From the NCBI GenBank assembly GCA_035084275.1, contig CM068755.1, positions 7,750,001-7,814,000 of the forward strand: a DNA stretch of 64,000 nt, given 5' to 3'. Origin of the DNA: Hydrolagus colliei (Eukaryota). How positions within the stretch are numbered: the stretch's first letter is position 1; each line of letters begins with the position of its first letter. The position numbers were made by a program, and so were the translations under genes. The notes beneath the pieces are model-generated. The model did no database searches, was not told where the DNA came from, and saw nothing but the letters and a program-made list of their open reading frames with translations. Shown piece by piece: positions 62,597-64,000 of this stretch.

Positions 62597-64000
62597 TTAT
62601 AGTTACAATCTTGGTTGTGCCATTCCAAACAGCCAGTAAGTGCGTATTAGGCATTGTCTATGTGAGCAATGGTATATGAAGCTGTCTAGTCTGTTTTCAC
62701 ACAATTGGAATCAGTAATATTTGCCTGGAAGTTACTTTATTTTTCAAGTATCAAGCAGGACATATGAGAGATTTATATTATTATTATTGTTAAAGAAATG
62801 TAATAATGATGATTTGTATTATATGTCACTTTTAAATAAATAGAACTGTGTGGGCAGTACATGTTATTTATGTGATGCCTCCAGTATTGAATTTTTTTTT
62901 AAAATGGTGACTGCATCGTGCTTGTTCAACTAATACTTTGGATTTTGTCTTCCTGGTCACAAGGTCCATGGGCAATGGGGGTGAGGCTGAAGCTAACCAT
63001 TACAATACACCAACATATATTTAAAAAAAACAATTCTTGAAGTTGCAAAATAGTGTTTTACTGTTAAATGCAAATATTTTGCAAAAGAATACAGAGAACA
63101 AAACTGCAACATGATTAAATTGTTTTCACATAGTTAGCCAGAGAAGTAAGTGTAAAATGTGTGCAGAAATATCAGATTTAGCAACTCCAGGTTTATTCGT
63201 TTTGAAAGCCCATATTACGATCTGCTAAGATTTTATTAACTTTATCAGTAGAAAGAGAAAGAATCCCATCTAAATCGCACTGAGCAGTCTGCAGAAAATC
63301 CTCTCAGATATTAATAGATCTGAGTTACTAATTTTCTCATGTTCTTAGCAACTTGTGAATATTAAATTGGCTTTTGAGCAAAAAAAAACTCAGTTTGGGG
63401 AGAATCTGCTTCTATTTTCCATCAATCTCATCCTTGCATACCCTGCTATCCCCACATTTTCCCAAAGCATATCCAGTGTAATTTCAACCCATTTGCTTCA
63501 GCATGATCACAAGTAACTAATTCTACCATTTTTATGAAATATTTGTCCTTGACTTTCTGAGTTACTTTGAAATTATATTTCCTAATTCTGAAATCTTTAA
63601 ACAATTTGTCTGAATCAACTCTACCAACCCTTTCCATGATCCCCAAAAAAAATTATTTGGTCACCTTGGCCTCATCTTTTACAATCAGCACTTTTAGCAA
63701 CACTTTTAGCTTTAACGTTTTTCAACTTGGATTCCCAGGGCCAGAAATACGGAGTTAGTGCTTCCTCAACACAAGTGTCACTGGTGGCAACAAGAAGCTT
63801 TTGTGGCCTCACAAAATGGAAGGGATTGAGGGAAACCAATCATTGAACATGTGAAACAAAATTCTCAAACCTCTCATCTAGAAAATTGATAGTTCATGTG
63901 TGAACTATCTGTTATGTTAAAGAAGGTTTGCGTTGTAAATATCTTAAGCTTACACATTCATAATATCGTTTATTCTGATTGCATATATAGAAACAGCTAC

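Overview
Vertebrate genomic DNA. The CR1/L2 LINEs, Deu-type tRNA-derived SINEs and compact introns point to a cartilaginous fish, possibly a chimaera (inference). Five protein-coding genes were reconstructed by hand with in-frame splice junctions: the 5' end of TUBGCP4 (exons 1-2, minus strand), an intronless calicin gene (CCIN, minus), two tandem three-exon CART prepropeptide paralogs about 26 kb apart (both minus), and a complete 11-exon TTC23 (plus) containing a U12 AT-AC intron. A 612-nt assembly gap lies in intron 1 of the first CART gene. The most notable observations are: (1) an RE1/NRSE (REST) element overlapping the start codon of both CART genes; (2) a TTC23 promoter containing about 15 tandem copies of a PBX-PREP decamer plus an Sp1 GC-box; (3) a CART pair that appears to lie on the MAP1A/human chr15 paralogon and differs in prohormone processing sites; (4) a calicin gene in a fish-like genome; (5) hammerhead-ribozyme-like repeat relics; (6) a knot of four overlapping perfect hairpins. 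Gene identities come from recalled protein sequences, not database searches.
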